DNA of 64,000 bases, taken from contig CBDFJQ010000002.1 of the NCBI GenBank assembly GCA_965248575.1, forward strand, positions 3,648,001 through 3,712,000. Reading direction: 5' to 3'. The translations under genes and the position numbers were made by a program. Below are positions 34,954-44,290 of the stretch, in pieces. The notes beneath the pieces were generated by a model. The model saw only the letters and a list, made by a program, of their open reading frames with translations. It did no database searches and had not been told where the DNA came from. Source of the DNA: Planctomycetota bacterium (GTDB lineage Bacteria; Planctomycetota; B15-G4). The stretch's first letter is position 1, and every line of letters begins with the position of its first letter.

Positions 34954-37464
34954 CTAGGGCGTGGTCGACACCACCGCATTGGACAGCCCGATGCCGCCGG
35001 GCACCGACGGGTCGTCCACCAGGAACTGCAGGTAGATGTCCACGCCGCTCTGGATGTTGGGCGGCCAGGTGACGGAGATCACGGCGCGCCCGTCGGCGTC
35101 GCTCACGAAGAAGATCTGGGTGACGAAGGGGAAGGCGTGCACCGTGCCGCCCAGGAACGGGAAGGGCATGCTGGTGGCCGCGATCCAGTTGAGCAGCAGG
35201 CTCTGGGGTGGCAGGTTCTCGAGGCGGCGGTCCAGCACCGAACCCGCAGTGAGGGGCGCGCGCACAACCAGCTCCGGCGTGCCCGCGGCGCCTGGCACGC
35301 CACCACCCAGGTCGGGCCAGGTCGCCGGACCGTCGAAGCGGAAGAGGATGTTGTCCTTGGCACCCGAGACGTAGTAGCGATCTTGATCGTCGGTGGCGAC
35401 GTTCTCGGGCCACTCGATGTACGGCTCGACCCCAAACTGACCCTCGTAGACCAGCGCGATCTGCTCGGGTGCGGCCGCGATACGGAAGACGTTGTTGGAG
35501 GCTCGCGCGCAGATGTAGGTGGAGCCGTAGCCGTCAAAGGCCACGTCACGGGTCGCCGAGAGTGGGCTGCCATTGGCACCGGTAGAATCCAACACGGCGG
35601 ACACATCGCCCGAAGGCGTCACGCGGAACACCGTGTTGGAGATGTAGTCCACCGCGTAGACCCTGTCCTTCGAGTCCACCCGCAACTGTTGGCAGTTCAG
35701 CATGGGGTGGCCGAGACCGTCGCCCGCGGGGCCGATGATCTCGGTCACGACGCCGCCGGGCGTGAGCCGGAAGACACGATCGCCCAGGAGGTCCGAGAAG
35801 TAGAGGTTGTCGGAGCTGTCCGTGGCCAAGGCAAAGGGTGCGATGGGGGCGAAGGGCGTCAGCAACGTGTTGAGGTTGGTGACCGTGCCGCCAGACGTCA
35901 CGCGGAACAGGTTGTCGAGACTCCCGGACGCATAGAGGGTGCCCTGGGTGTCCACGGCGATCTTGCCGTTGCCAAAGTACTCCTGGCCGGGGCCTGCACC
36001 GGTGTTGTCCAGCACCATGGTGGTGGTGCCGTCGGGCTCGATGCGGAACACGTTGTCGCTGAAAGAACCCGCGACGTAGAGGTCACCGTTCGGCAAGAGG
36101 ACGAGGTCCTCCGGGTACTCCAGGTCGTGGCCCGTTCCGCCGAAGGCTCCGTCGATCACCGTGCTGATGGTGCCTGTGGCTCCGTCGATGCGCAGCACAT
36201 TGTCCGTCTGCTTGCCGCTCACGTAGGCGTCGCCCAGCGGGCTCACGGCCAGGCCATTCATGCCGAGGAAGGAGTACTCGAGGCCGTTCGCCGTCTCGTC
36301 GAGGATCGTCTCCGTGGACGCGTCCGTCTCCACGCGTTCCACACCCTCCTTGTGCAGGAGCATGAAGCTGCCGTCAGCCATACGCCGCAGCCCGTGACAC
36401 GCGCCGAGCGGGGAGGAGGAGGCATCCAGGAAGAGCCCCAGGCCGACGCCCGGCGTCCAGGTGCTGATGTCGCAGTTGCCGTTCAGGAAGAAGAGGGTTC
36501 CAGCTGCGTCGAGGTGCAGATCCCGCAGACCGGCGGTGGTGATGATGGGCAGCGGGGTGACGGTGTTCGTCAGGTCGATCTCCAGCAGCAAGCCGAAGTT
36601 CTGGGTCTGAACCACCTGGCGGCCTCCGAACCAGATCCTGCCGTCCGGGTGCACCGCCAGGGTCATGAAGTTGCTGATGGGCGCGTCGACCAAGAAGGTG
36701 CTCACTCCGCCGGGAGTGATGCGGTAGAGCTCGCCCGTGTTGGCAGCCACGACCATGTTGCCCGCGCCATCGAAGTCCAGGAGGGAGGGGTTCAAGCCAA
36801 TGGCCGTGAAGACCTCCGTGGCAGCGCCACCGGACGGCACGTGCAGGATGCTGTCCACGGTGCCGCTGTTGCTCAGGATGTAGAAGTCGCCGGCCCCGTC
36901 GCCAGGGACCAGGATCGGTCTGAACAGGGGCGCCGCGCCACCGGGCACGCCCGTGGTGTCCACGAAGATGCTTGCGGTCCCCGCACTGTCGATACGGAAG
37001 ACGCGGTTCTGGTCTCCGACAAACACGTTGTCAGCGGCATCGACGGCGAGCGATGTCGGTTGCACGACGGTCACTCCCGTGCCGCTGCCGCTGGCGTCGA
37101 GCACGACCGTGATACTGCCGTCGGGGTCGACACGAAACACATTGTTGGAGAACTGACCCGCCACATACAGCCGTCCGAGGGAGTCGAGCTGGATGTCGGC
37201 CGGGTGATTGAGAATCTGGCCCAGGCCGTCGCCCAAGAGCGGCAGGAACAGCCGCGAGGTCCCGTCCGGTTCCACGCGCATCACGTTGTCCGAGACCTCG
37301 TTGGCCACGAAGACGTTTCCCGCAGCGTCTTCCACCACATCCACGGGCTTGTTGATGCCATTCCCGTTGAACGGGTGGAGCAGCAGGCGCGGATTCAGCT
37401 GGGCGCTTGCGAAGCTGGGCGTGAGCAGGACGAGAAGCAGCGTGGCGAGCGTGGTGCGAGGCAT
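34954..37464 (-). CDS. Secreted NHL/beta-propeller repeat protein with the shared C-terminal domain
   Basis: Signal peptide (SFASA-Q); repeated P-x-D...D-x2-G-x-LYV(A/S)G-x2-S(D/N)NVFR; terminal WPDLG...SN...TTP domain. Confidence 0.88.
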   Translation of the reverse strand: MPRTTLATLLLVLLTPSFASAQLNPRLLLHPFNGNGINKPVDVVEDAAGNVFVANEVSDNVMRVEPDGTSRLFLPLLGDGLGQILNHPADIQLDSLGRLYVAGQFSNNVFRVDPDGSITVVLDASGSGTGVTVVQPTSLAVDAADNVFVGDQNRVFRIDSAGTASIFVDTTGVPGGAAPLFRPILVPGDGAGDFYILSNSGTVDSILHVPSGGAATEVFTAIGLNPSLLDFDGAGNMVVAANTGELYRITPGGVSTFLVDAPISNFMTLAVHPDGRIWFGGRQVVQTQNFGLLLEIDLTNTVTPLPIITTAGLRDLHLDAAGTLFFLNGNCDISTWTPGVGLGLFLDASSSPLGACHGLRRMADGSFMLLHKEGVERVETDASTETILDETANGLEYSFLGMNGLAVSPLGDAYVSGKQTDNVLRIDGATGTISTVIDGAFGGTGHDLEYPEDLVLLPNGDLYVAGSFSDNVFRIEPDGTTTMVLDNTGAGPGQEYFGNGKIAVDTQGTLYASGSLDNLFRVTSGGTVTNLNTLLTPFAPIAPFALATDSSDNLYFSDLLGDRVFRLTPGGVVTEIIGPAGDGLGHPMLNCQQLRVDSKDRVYAVDYISNTVFRVTPSGDVSAVLDSTGANGSPLSATRDVAFDGYGSTYICARASNNVFRIAAAPEQIALVYEGQFGVEPYIEWPENVATDDQDRYYVSGAKDNILFRFDGPATWPDLGGGVPGAAGTPELVVRAPLTAGSVLDRRLENLPPQSLLLNWIAATSMPFPFLGGTVHAFPFVTQIFFVSDADGRAVISVTWPPNIQSGVDIYLQFLVDDPSVPGGIGLSNAVVSTTP

Positions 37465-37871
37465 GGGTCGCTTTCCCGGTCGACTCCGTTGCGCCAGCGC
37501 AGGTCGGGTCGCGTTGCGGCGAACCCGGCGGCTGGTGATCGAACGCTCCGTGAGTCTCCGTCATCCAGAGGCGGTGTGGTTCCGGATCCCTCGAGCCCCC
37601 GACGACCTCGAGTCCCGGTCCCGTGTCGCTCGCTACCCTAGCAGTGATGGTGGGGTAACGGGGGAGACGGGAGATCGTGTGGCCCGCGCCAGGGCTCCAG
37701 CTTCACGAGTGAGCGGCGCCCGCTGCGACAAACGGCTCAGGCTCGCGTCATAAGGCAGGATGACGAAGGTTGTTCCGTAGAGCATCGGATTGTCAGGAAT
37801 GGGTGGGCGCAGTGTGTCGACGTCCGTGGCGAGCCAGCTGAGCCTACGGCCGGGCCGCGATTTAATCGCTG

Positions 37872-38849
37872 CTACCGAAGAACCAGGGCGAGCGCGACGC
37901 CACCCAGAAGGAGCCAGAGGCTGAGGCCGAGGACGAGAATGCGCCCTGAGGCCGCGCGCAGGGAAGCCGGTGTGAGCGAGAGGCCCATGCTGAAGAGTGC
38001 GAGCACCAGGCAGCGGCGGCCGCCGGCTGCGAGCAGGCGGCCGGGTTCCTCGAGCGCGGGGACCAGGGCGACGAGTGCAGCCAGCGCGACGAAGGCCAAC
38101 ACGAACAGCGGAGGGCGAGGGAAGGCGCGCCGCTTGCCGGTCTCGATGCCTCGGGCTGGCACGAAGGAGAGAGCGAGGCACACCGGCAGGATCCACAGGG
38201 AGCGCGCGAGCTTCGTCACCGTGGCGACTTCCAGAGCGCCGTCGCCATGGGTTGCTGCCGCACCCACCACCGAACTCGTGTCATGGATCGCGAGAGCGCA
38301 CCACTCGCCGAAGGCCTGGGCATCGAGCCCCAGGGCCTGGCCGAGCCAGGGGAACACGAAGAGCGCGATGGCATTGAGCAAGAAGACGACGCCGAGCGCG
38401 ACACCCACCGAAGAGGGCCGAGCGCGGAGGGCTGGCGCAGCGGCGGCGATGGCGCTGCCGCCGCAGATGGCCGTGCCGACCGTGATCAGGAGCGCGACGT
38501 CCCGTTCGATGCGCAGCCAGCGCGCCAACAGCAGGCCGGCTGCGAAGGCGACCGTGAGAGTGATCAGCGCGGTCCCCAGACCCGAGAGGCCGGTTTTCAG
38601 CAGGACGTCCAGCCTGGTTCCTGCGCCGAGCGCCACGACGGAAGCCATCAGCAACTGCTTGCCCGCGCGAGGCACGAAGGTCGGGACGTCGTGACCCCAG
38701 GCCAGCAGGGCACCCAGCAGCAGGGCCACGAACCCGGGGACCGGCAAAGCCAAGCAGGCCAGCGCCCCCAGCAAGAGGCCCAGGTTCCGAGGAGCGTGAG
38801 GCCCGCCGGCGATGCGGGGGAACGGAGAGTCGGCTGCGAGCGATGTCAT
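37872..38849 (-). CDS. YeiH family (putative sulfate exporter) membrane protein
   Basis: GTAICGGSAIAA, AIHDTSSVVGAA, ATVTKLARSLW. Start ATG 38849. Confidence 0.9.
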   Translation of the reverse strand: MTSLAADSPFPRIAGGPHAPRNLGLLLGALACLALPVPGFVALLLGALLAWGHDVPTFVPRAGKQLLMASVVALGAGTRLDVLLKTGLSGLGTALITLTVAFAAGLLLARWLRIERDVALLITVGTAICGGSAIAAAAPALRARPSSVGVALGVVFLLNAIALFVFPWLGQALGLDAQAFGEWCALAIHDTSSVVGAAATHGDGALEVATVTKLARSLWILPVCLALSFVPARGIETGKRRAFPRPPLFVLAFVALAALVALVPALEEPGRLLAAGGRRCLVLALFSMGLSLTPASLRAASGRILVLGLSLWLLLGGVALALVLR

Positions 38850-38890
38850 GTCGGAAACATGCCTCGCAAAGCATTTGTGAAACAGATGAA

Positions 38891-38919
38891 ATGCCTGATA
38901 GGGCATCAGTTTGACTGAT
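38891..38919. promoter_or_regulatory. LysR-type binding boxes in the divergent intergenic region
   Basis: ATCAG-TTTGA-CTGAT (38905-38919, T-N11-A) and adjacent ATGCC-TGATAG-GGCAT (38891-38906). Confidence 0.65.
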
Positions 38920-38933
38920 AGTATGTTGCCCCT

Positions 38934-39836
38934 GTGCGCACCCCTCTTGATCCGCAGCTCGTCATCACCTTCTTGGCCGTGGTCCAGCACGGGCGGATTT
39001 CGGCTGCAGCACGCGCCGTTCATCTTTCGCAGCCGGCGGTGACTGCGCGCATGCGCAAGCTCGAGCAGGCAGTAGGCGTGCCGCTGCTCGTGCGCTCGGT
39101 GCGCGGGGTCTCACCGACGCCCGCCGGTGAACGCTTGGCGGCGCGCGCGCGCGAACTCCAGGATCTGCTGGACGAGATCACCGGTGATGTCACGAGCGAT
39201 GACGAGGTGGCGGCTGGTCCGCTGCAGCTCGCTGCGAGCACGACCATCGCCGCGCACGTTGTCCCCGGCGCCCTGGCGCGCTTCCGTGCGCGCTACCCAA
39301 GCGTCGAGATCGAGATGAAGGTGGGCAACACGGCGGAGATCGTGGACGCGGTGCGCAGCGGGCGCTTCCCCCTCGGCCTCGTGGAGGGGACGCGACGTGC
39401 GGCTGGGGTGAAGCTCGCGCCGTGGTTGGATGACGCGCTCGTGCCCGTCGTCGGCACGAGTTCTGAGTGGCGCGTGCGGCGCACGGAAGATCTCGCCGAG
39501 GTACCGATCCTGTGGCGCGAACATGGTTCCGGCACGCGCGCGGTGGTGGCTCGCGCGCTGCGCGCAGCAGGAGTACGCGGCGCGCCCACGGGTCTCGACG
39601 TCGTGCTCGGGACGAGCAGCGCCATCGCGAGTGCGGCTGCCGCGGGCATGGGTGTCGCCTTCCTCTCGCGCTGGGCTCTGGGGACCGAACTCGCCTCCGG
39701 CCGCCTCAAGCCGATCCCCGGCCTCGACCTCACCATCACGCGCACGTTTCAGTGGGCGTTGCCTGCAGGCGCTCTGACGGGCAGCGCGGCGCGCTTCCAC
39801 GCGCTCGCCACCCAGAACCCTCCGCTGCCGACCTGA
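38934..39836 (+). CDS. LysR family regulator (YeiE/CysL-like)
   Basis: FLAVVQHGRISAAARAVHLSQPAVT, ASTTIA, GLVEG, REHGSGTR; divergent from the YeiH-family gene. Confidence 0.93.
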   Translation: MRTPLDPQLVITFLAVVQHGRISAAARAVHLSQPAVTARMRKLEQAVGVPLLVRSVRGVSPTPAGERLAARARELQDLLDEITGDVTSDDEVAAGPLQLAASTTIAAHVVPGALARFRARYPSVEIEMKVGNTAEIVDAVRSGRFPLGLVEGTRRAAGVKLAPWLDDALVPVVGTSSEWRVRRTEDLAEVPILWREHGSGTRAVVARALRAAGVRGAPTGLDVVLGTSSAIASAAAAGMGVAFLSRWALGTELASGRLKPIPGLDLTITRTFQWALPAGALTGSAARFHALATQNPPLPT

Positions 39837-39887
39837 GGGCACGTGCCCCGTCAGGCTCACACACCCCGTAGCAGGGATGCGCGGTCG

Positions 39888-41240
39888 TCAGCGTGTGCTC
39901 GTCACGACCTCCTCGATCTCCTCCGACGAATCGGCCAGCTCCATGAAGGCCTCCAGATCGTTGGCTGGCCCCCCGAGCAGCTCCAGGGCCTTGGCCATGC
40001 GTGCGCGTCGGATGCGGTCGAGCGCTTCTTCGTAGCCGCGCGTGCGCACGTCTTCGATCGTCAGGTTCAGCGGATGGTCCAGCACGATGCCCTCCTCCTG
40101 GAAGGGCTTGCGGCCCGGCTCGACCATGGGCCAGGAGCTGTAGTGCACCACGGAGCCGTCGGGGCCGGTCGAGGTGTCCACCGCGGCTTCCGCGCCCTGG
40201 GTGCGGCCGCCGACGACCTTGGCCCGCCCCGCGTCGCGCAGGATGCGCGGGGCCCACTCGCCGCCGCTCGCGCTGCGTTCGTCCACGAGGGCGACGATCT
40301 TGCCGCGGTAGCGCGGTGAGCCCGGGCGGATCACGCGCTTGCCGCCGCCGTTGCCCCAGGCGTAGCTCAGTCGGCGTTCCAGGAAGTGGCCCAAGAAGGG
40401 GTCCGAGGCCGCCACCACGCCGCCCCCGTTGCCCTGGAAGTCGAGGATCAGCGCGTCGGTGTCGGACAGCTCCCGGAGTGCGGCACGCAACATGGTCGTC
40501 ATCTTTCCGTCCGCGCCCATGGTGCCGCTTTTGGGGTTGAAGGTCTTGATGTGCATGTAGCCGATGGAGCCTACCCGGCCCGTCACCAGCCAGTGCTCGC
40601 CGTAGTGCTTCTTGGGCGGTGGGACGTTGGACTCCTGTGGGCGGTGCCACGCGTGGTCGGTCTCACTGCCATCGGGCCAGCGCAGGCGGACGTCGAAGGT
40701 GGTGCCCAGGGGGCCGGCCGCGAGGATCTCTGCACTGCCCACAGCGGTCTGGCCTTGCACCTCGACGATCTCGGGGTAGGCGTGAGGGTCGGCCACCAAG
40801 GCTGGCGGCACCTGCTGCGTCTCACTCTCGGGCCACTCCAACACGAAGGTGCGACGCTCGATCGTCTTCGTCTCCACGTCTGGGATGCCCCAGCGCCCCA
40901 TGAGGGTCTCGATGGCGGGGATGAAGGCGACGTGCGGATCCGGGAGTGCCGAGATGAGGCGCGCCAACTCCCAGGCGAACTCGTCTGGGTTGGCAGCGAC
41001 CACGGCGTGCGGCCGATGCTCGGCGCGCTCGGCCTCCCAGTCGACACCGTAGAGCTCGAAGTAGGGGTAGTTGTCGCGCAGGGCTTCCCAATGGACGTCA
41101 AAGGTCTGTGCATAGAGCTCGGCGGGCTCGTCTCGGGCAAGGCCCGAGGCGCCCAGCACGAAGGCCACACAAACGATCAGGAGGGCGCCGCCAAGCGTGC
41201 GGCGGAAGGGGAGCGAGGTTTCGACGATTCGAGCGCGCAT
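39888..41240 (-). CDS. Secreted S41 family (tail-specific-like) peptidase
   Basis: YPYFELYGVDW, DPHV, IGYMHIKTF, LILDFQGNGGG, SASGGE, VGGRTQG. Start ATG 41240. Confidence 0.88.
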   Translation of the reverse strand: MRARIVETSLPFRRTLGGALLIVCVAFVLGASGLARDEPAELYAQTFDVHWEALRDNYPYFELYGVDWEAERAEHRPHAVVAANPDEFAWELARLISALPDPHVAFIPAIETLMGRWGIPDVETKTIERRTFVLEWPESETQQVPPALVADPHAYPEIVEVQGQTAVGSAEILAAGPLGTTFDVRLRWPDGSETDHAWHRPQESNVPPPKKHYGEHWLVTGRVGSIGYMHIKTFNPKSGTMGADGKMTTMLRAALRELSDTDALILDFQGNGGGVVAASDPFLGHFLERRLSYAWGNGGGKRVIRPGSPRYRGKIVALVDERSASGGEWAPRILRDAGRAKVVGGRTQGAEAAVDTSTGPDGSVVHYSSWPMVEPGRKPFQEEGIVLDHPLNLTIEDVRTRGYEEALDRIRRARMAKALELLGGPANDLEAFMELADSSEEIEEVVTSTR

Positions 41241-41459
41241 GGTCTTCACTCTAGGCGGTTTGGGGTGTGTTCGCTGGAGGGACCCTCTCCTAGGAGAGGG
41301 GGCCGCCGAAGGGGGTGGTGTGACGGCAAGCCGGATGCGAGGGCGTCTTCAGACTGTCACCACCCCTTGGGAGCAGTGGATTTGGCCGCAGGAACCGCAA
41401 CGGCTGTAAGATCGCTGCCAGGGAAATAGTCAGAGAGCGCTCTTGGAGGAGAACTCGTC

Positions 41460-42767
41460 ATGGGCTCAAGGCACGTCGTCGCACTCATGTTGGCCAGCGT
41501 GCTCGCACCACAAGCGCGCGCCGATGTCCTGGTCGTGGATCCCTTTGGGGGAGGTCCCTTCGTCTCCATTCCGGCCGCACTCGAGCTTGCCCAGAATGGT
41601 GACACGATCCTGTTCAAGACGGGACAGAGCGGGCCGTTTGTCATCGACGGCATTGGCATTGAGATCATCGCCGACGGCCCACTCGGAGGTTTCGTCAACG
41701 GGAACATCGTCGTGAAGAACATCTCGCCGGGTCAGTCTGTGCTGCTCAGCGGGTTGACGGCGATGGGGGATCCGAATGCCTCCTTGCCGGGCGGTGATGA
41801 AGCGGCCGGACCCGCCCTGTTCATCACCGCGGCTCAGGGCTCAGTCCGTGTGGTGGACTGCATCCTCACAGGCGCCGCATCGCTGGCAACGTTTGATCAG
41901 TCTGGCACGGTGATCGGCACTCCCGATGGTTTCGCAGGTGCCCAGGTCAGGACGAGCGCGGACGTGTCCTTCTTGAACTGCACCCTGACGGGAGGCTCCG
42001 GTGGATTGCTGTATGAGGTCCAAGCGGCCCCCTCTTCGACGGTTTTCACAGGTGGGGCGGGGCTCTTCGTGGAGAACTCCGAAGTGAGCGTCTACGACTC
42101 CAGCCTGACCGGCGGTTTCGGGGGCATCAATTTCATCGTGGGCCCAGACGGTGGTGCTGGGCTGGATGTCTTGAGCTCCACGGTGTTCGCCAGCGGCAAT
42201 GCCTTCGTCGGAGGCAACGGTGGCAACGCGGACGACTTGTTCGCACAGGGAATCGGGGGCGACGGTGGGCCTGGTGCCGCCAGCACTTTCAACAGCACCA
42301 CGCGCTTCCTGGAGTGCAGCTTCGCTGGGGGAGGCCCGGGTTTCTCCGCAGGCGGTACGCCTGCCCACGCTGGTCCTCCGCGAGACCTGGACGGGCAGAA
42401 CGTTGACCTCCCCGGCCTCGCGCATCGCTTGGTGGTGAGCCCCGTGGTCCGTGAATTCCAACCCTTGAGCTTCAGTGCGCAGGGGCATACGGGCGACCCC
42501 GTGTTCGTGTTCATCTCCCGGGATGACGGCAGCCAGTACTTCGGCGAGTTCACCGGACAGCTGCACGTCAGCATTCCGTGGCAGAACTTCTTCTTCCTAG
42601 GCACGGTCCCGCCCGGCGGCGAGTTGAATGGCAGCACGAATTTGCCGGCCATCAGCTCGGGTTTCGAGGGCCTGAGCTTCCGCCTTCAAGCGCTCTTCGG
42701 GCACAGCCCGAGTACCGGTGTCCTGAGCAACTGGGCGCCCTTGATGTTCGTGGACGACGCCTTCTAG
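41460..42767 (+). CDS. Secreted Gly-rich beta-helix-like protein with divergent C-terminal domain
   Basis: SD GGAG; signal peptide; SIPAALELAQNGDTIL; repeated LTGG-x-GG...GG-x-G(L/A). Confidence 0.82.
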   Translation: MGSRHVVALMLASVLAPQARADVLVVDPFGGGPFVSIPAALELAQNGDTILFKTGQSGPFVIDGIGIEIIADGPLGGFVNGNIVVKNISPGQSVLLSGLTAMGDPNASLPGGDEAAGPALFITAAQGSVRVVDCILTGAASLATFDQSGTVIGTPDGFAGAQVRTSADVSFLNCTLTGGSGGLLYEVQAAPSSTVFTGGAGLFVENSEVSVYDSSLTGGFGGINFIVGPDGGAGLDVLSSTVFASGNAFVGGNGGNADDLFAQGIGGDGGPGAASTFNSTTRFLECSFAGGGPGFSAGGTPAHAGPPRDLDGQNVDLPGLAHRLVVSPVVREFQPLSFSAQGHTGDPVFVFISRDDGSQYFGEFTGQLHVSIPWQNFFFLGTVPPGGELNGSTNLPAISSGFEGLSFRLQALFGHSPSTGVLSNWAPLMFVDDAF

Positions 42768-42891
42768 TCATCGCGCTGCGCGCCCGTTCCATACGAGAAC
42801 AGGCCCACCGGAGCGTCCTCGCCCGCCACTCGGAGAGAGTGGCCAGAGCGGACCGTCCGGCAGGCCTGCCGACTGCTGCGCCTACTTGGCG

Positions 42892-43992
42892 TCAGTCAGG
42901 AACCTTCTTGTGGATCTTCTTGACCATCTTGCGCGCCCAGGTCACCGCGTTCTGAGGCTTTCCTTTGGCCGTGAACTTGTCGGTGATGTTCGTGTGGCAG
43001 CTGAGGCAAACGAACTCGGCTGTCAGCGTCCCCAGGGCATTCTTGCCATCGGGGCTGAACATCTCGGCGTTCTTGTCCGTGCTGATGGAGAACTGGTGGC
43101 TGCGCACGTCGCCTTTGTAGTTGTTGAAGGCCACCGCGGACTTCGCAGCGTAGGGCATGTGGCAGTCATGGCATTCGAGACCGAACTCAATGTGCTTCTT
43201 GCCCAGTTTCTTGAAGGCCTTCTTCACATCGGCGTAGCCCTCATGACAGTCGATGCACGTGGTATGGATCGAGAACTCCGACTTGGCGTGGGGGTTGTGA
43301 CATTCCACGCAATCCAACTGCGCGTGTCCCGAGGCGAGTATCTCGTTGTACTGCTCGTGGTGCTTGACGAAGCCACCCGAGGCGGGAATCTCGGTCATTG
43401 GATCACCGCGCACGTGACACTGGCCGCACGCTTCGCTGCTCGTGTCGACCGTGATGTTCTGCTTGGTGGGGAAGTCGATGTGGTCACTGGCCGGTCCGTG
43501 GCAGGCCTCGCACTGCACGCCTTCGAAGGCCCACGTGCCCTCGATGCCCACCAGGCCATCCTGATTGCCTAGGGGATCGAAACCCGTGGTGTGGCAGGCA
43601 CCGCAGTCATAAGGCTTCATCACTTCGCCGGCGTGGTAGTCCACCCAATCTCCGGTTGCCAGGTTGTACTGGTTGTTCCCAGCGTTTCCCGGCGGAGACT
43701 CGGTGATGATGTAGCCGTCGAGGTCCATGTAGCGGATCTTCCAGCCCCAACCACCGATCACATAGCTGATGTCGTCCCACTCATAACCCGAAGGGAGCGG
43801 CACGGGCCACGTCTCGACGTCCACCCGCTTGTGCAACTTGTAGGGGTGTCCTGAGACCCTGAACAGGTTCCAGTTGTCTTCGTGACATTGTTTGCAACTC
43901 TCGGAACCGACGTAGGTTTGCTGAGCCATAACGAGGTTCGGAATCGCGATGACGCACAGCAGCAGTGCTGCGCTTCGCATAAGGTTCTTCAT
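42892..43992 (-). CDS. Exported octaheme c-type cytochrome
   Basis: SD AGGAGG; signal peptide; eight CxxCH motifs (CKQCH, CGACH, CEACH, CGQCH, CVECH, CIDCH, CHDCH, CLSCH). Confidence 0.93.
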   Translation of the reverse strand: MKNLMRSAALLLCVIAIPNLVMAQQTYVGSESCKQCHEDNWNLFRVSGHPYKLHKRVDVETWPVPLPSGYEWDDISYVIGGWGWKIRYMDLDGYIITESPPGNAGNNQYNLATGDWVDYHAGEVMKPYDCGACHTTGFDPLGNQDGLVGIEGTWAFEGVQCEACHGPASDHIDFPTKQNITVDTSSEACGQCHVRGDPMTEIPASGGFVKHHEQYNEILASGHAQLDCVECHNPHAKSEFSIHTTCIDCHEGYADVKKAFKKLGKKHIEFGLECHDCHMPYAAKSAVAFNNYKGDVRSHQFSISTDKNAEMFSPDGKNALGTLTAEFVCLSCHTNITDKFTAKGKPQNAVTWARKMVKKIHKKVPD

Positions 43993-44290
43993 GACGTCCT
44001 CCTAGCTCATTCTCGTCGCCATGAAGAACTCGGTCGGGGCGCGGCCCAGATTTACCAAGCGCGTCTCGAAGGGACTCCTCGGCTGTAGGCGCGAGCTGGT
44101 CTTGCCCAGCCCAGCGTGCTCTCTCAGCGCCAGGTTTCGTGAGCCCGGCGTCCGGTCGAACACCTCTGGACCGGAACTGCTACGCACTATCGAGAATTCG
44201 CGTCTACGGGGCTCTGGGTAGCTGTGCGTAGACCCAGCCCGAGCAGTGGGCAGGTGTCGTGGGCGAGCTCCGGAGCCTCTCCAGCGCGCC

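Noticed and set aside
35137..37641. 834-aa plus-strand ORF
   Set aside because: Antisense shadow of the NHL-repeat gene; no motifs.
37872..39836. LysR and YeiH divergent pair as a novel system
   Set aside because: Well-known conserved arrangement; kept as features only.
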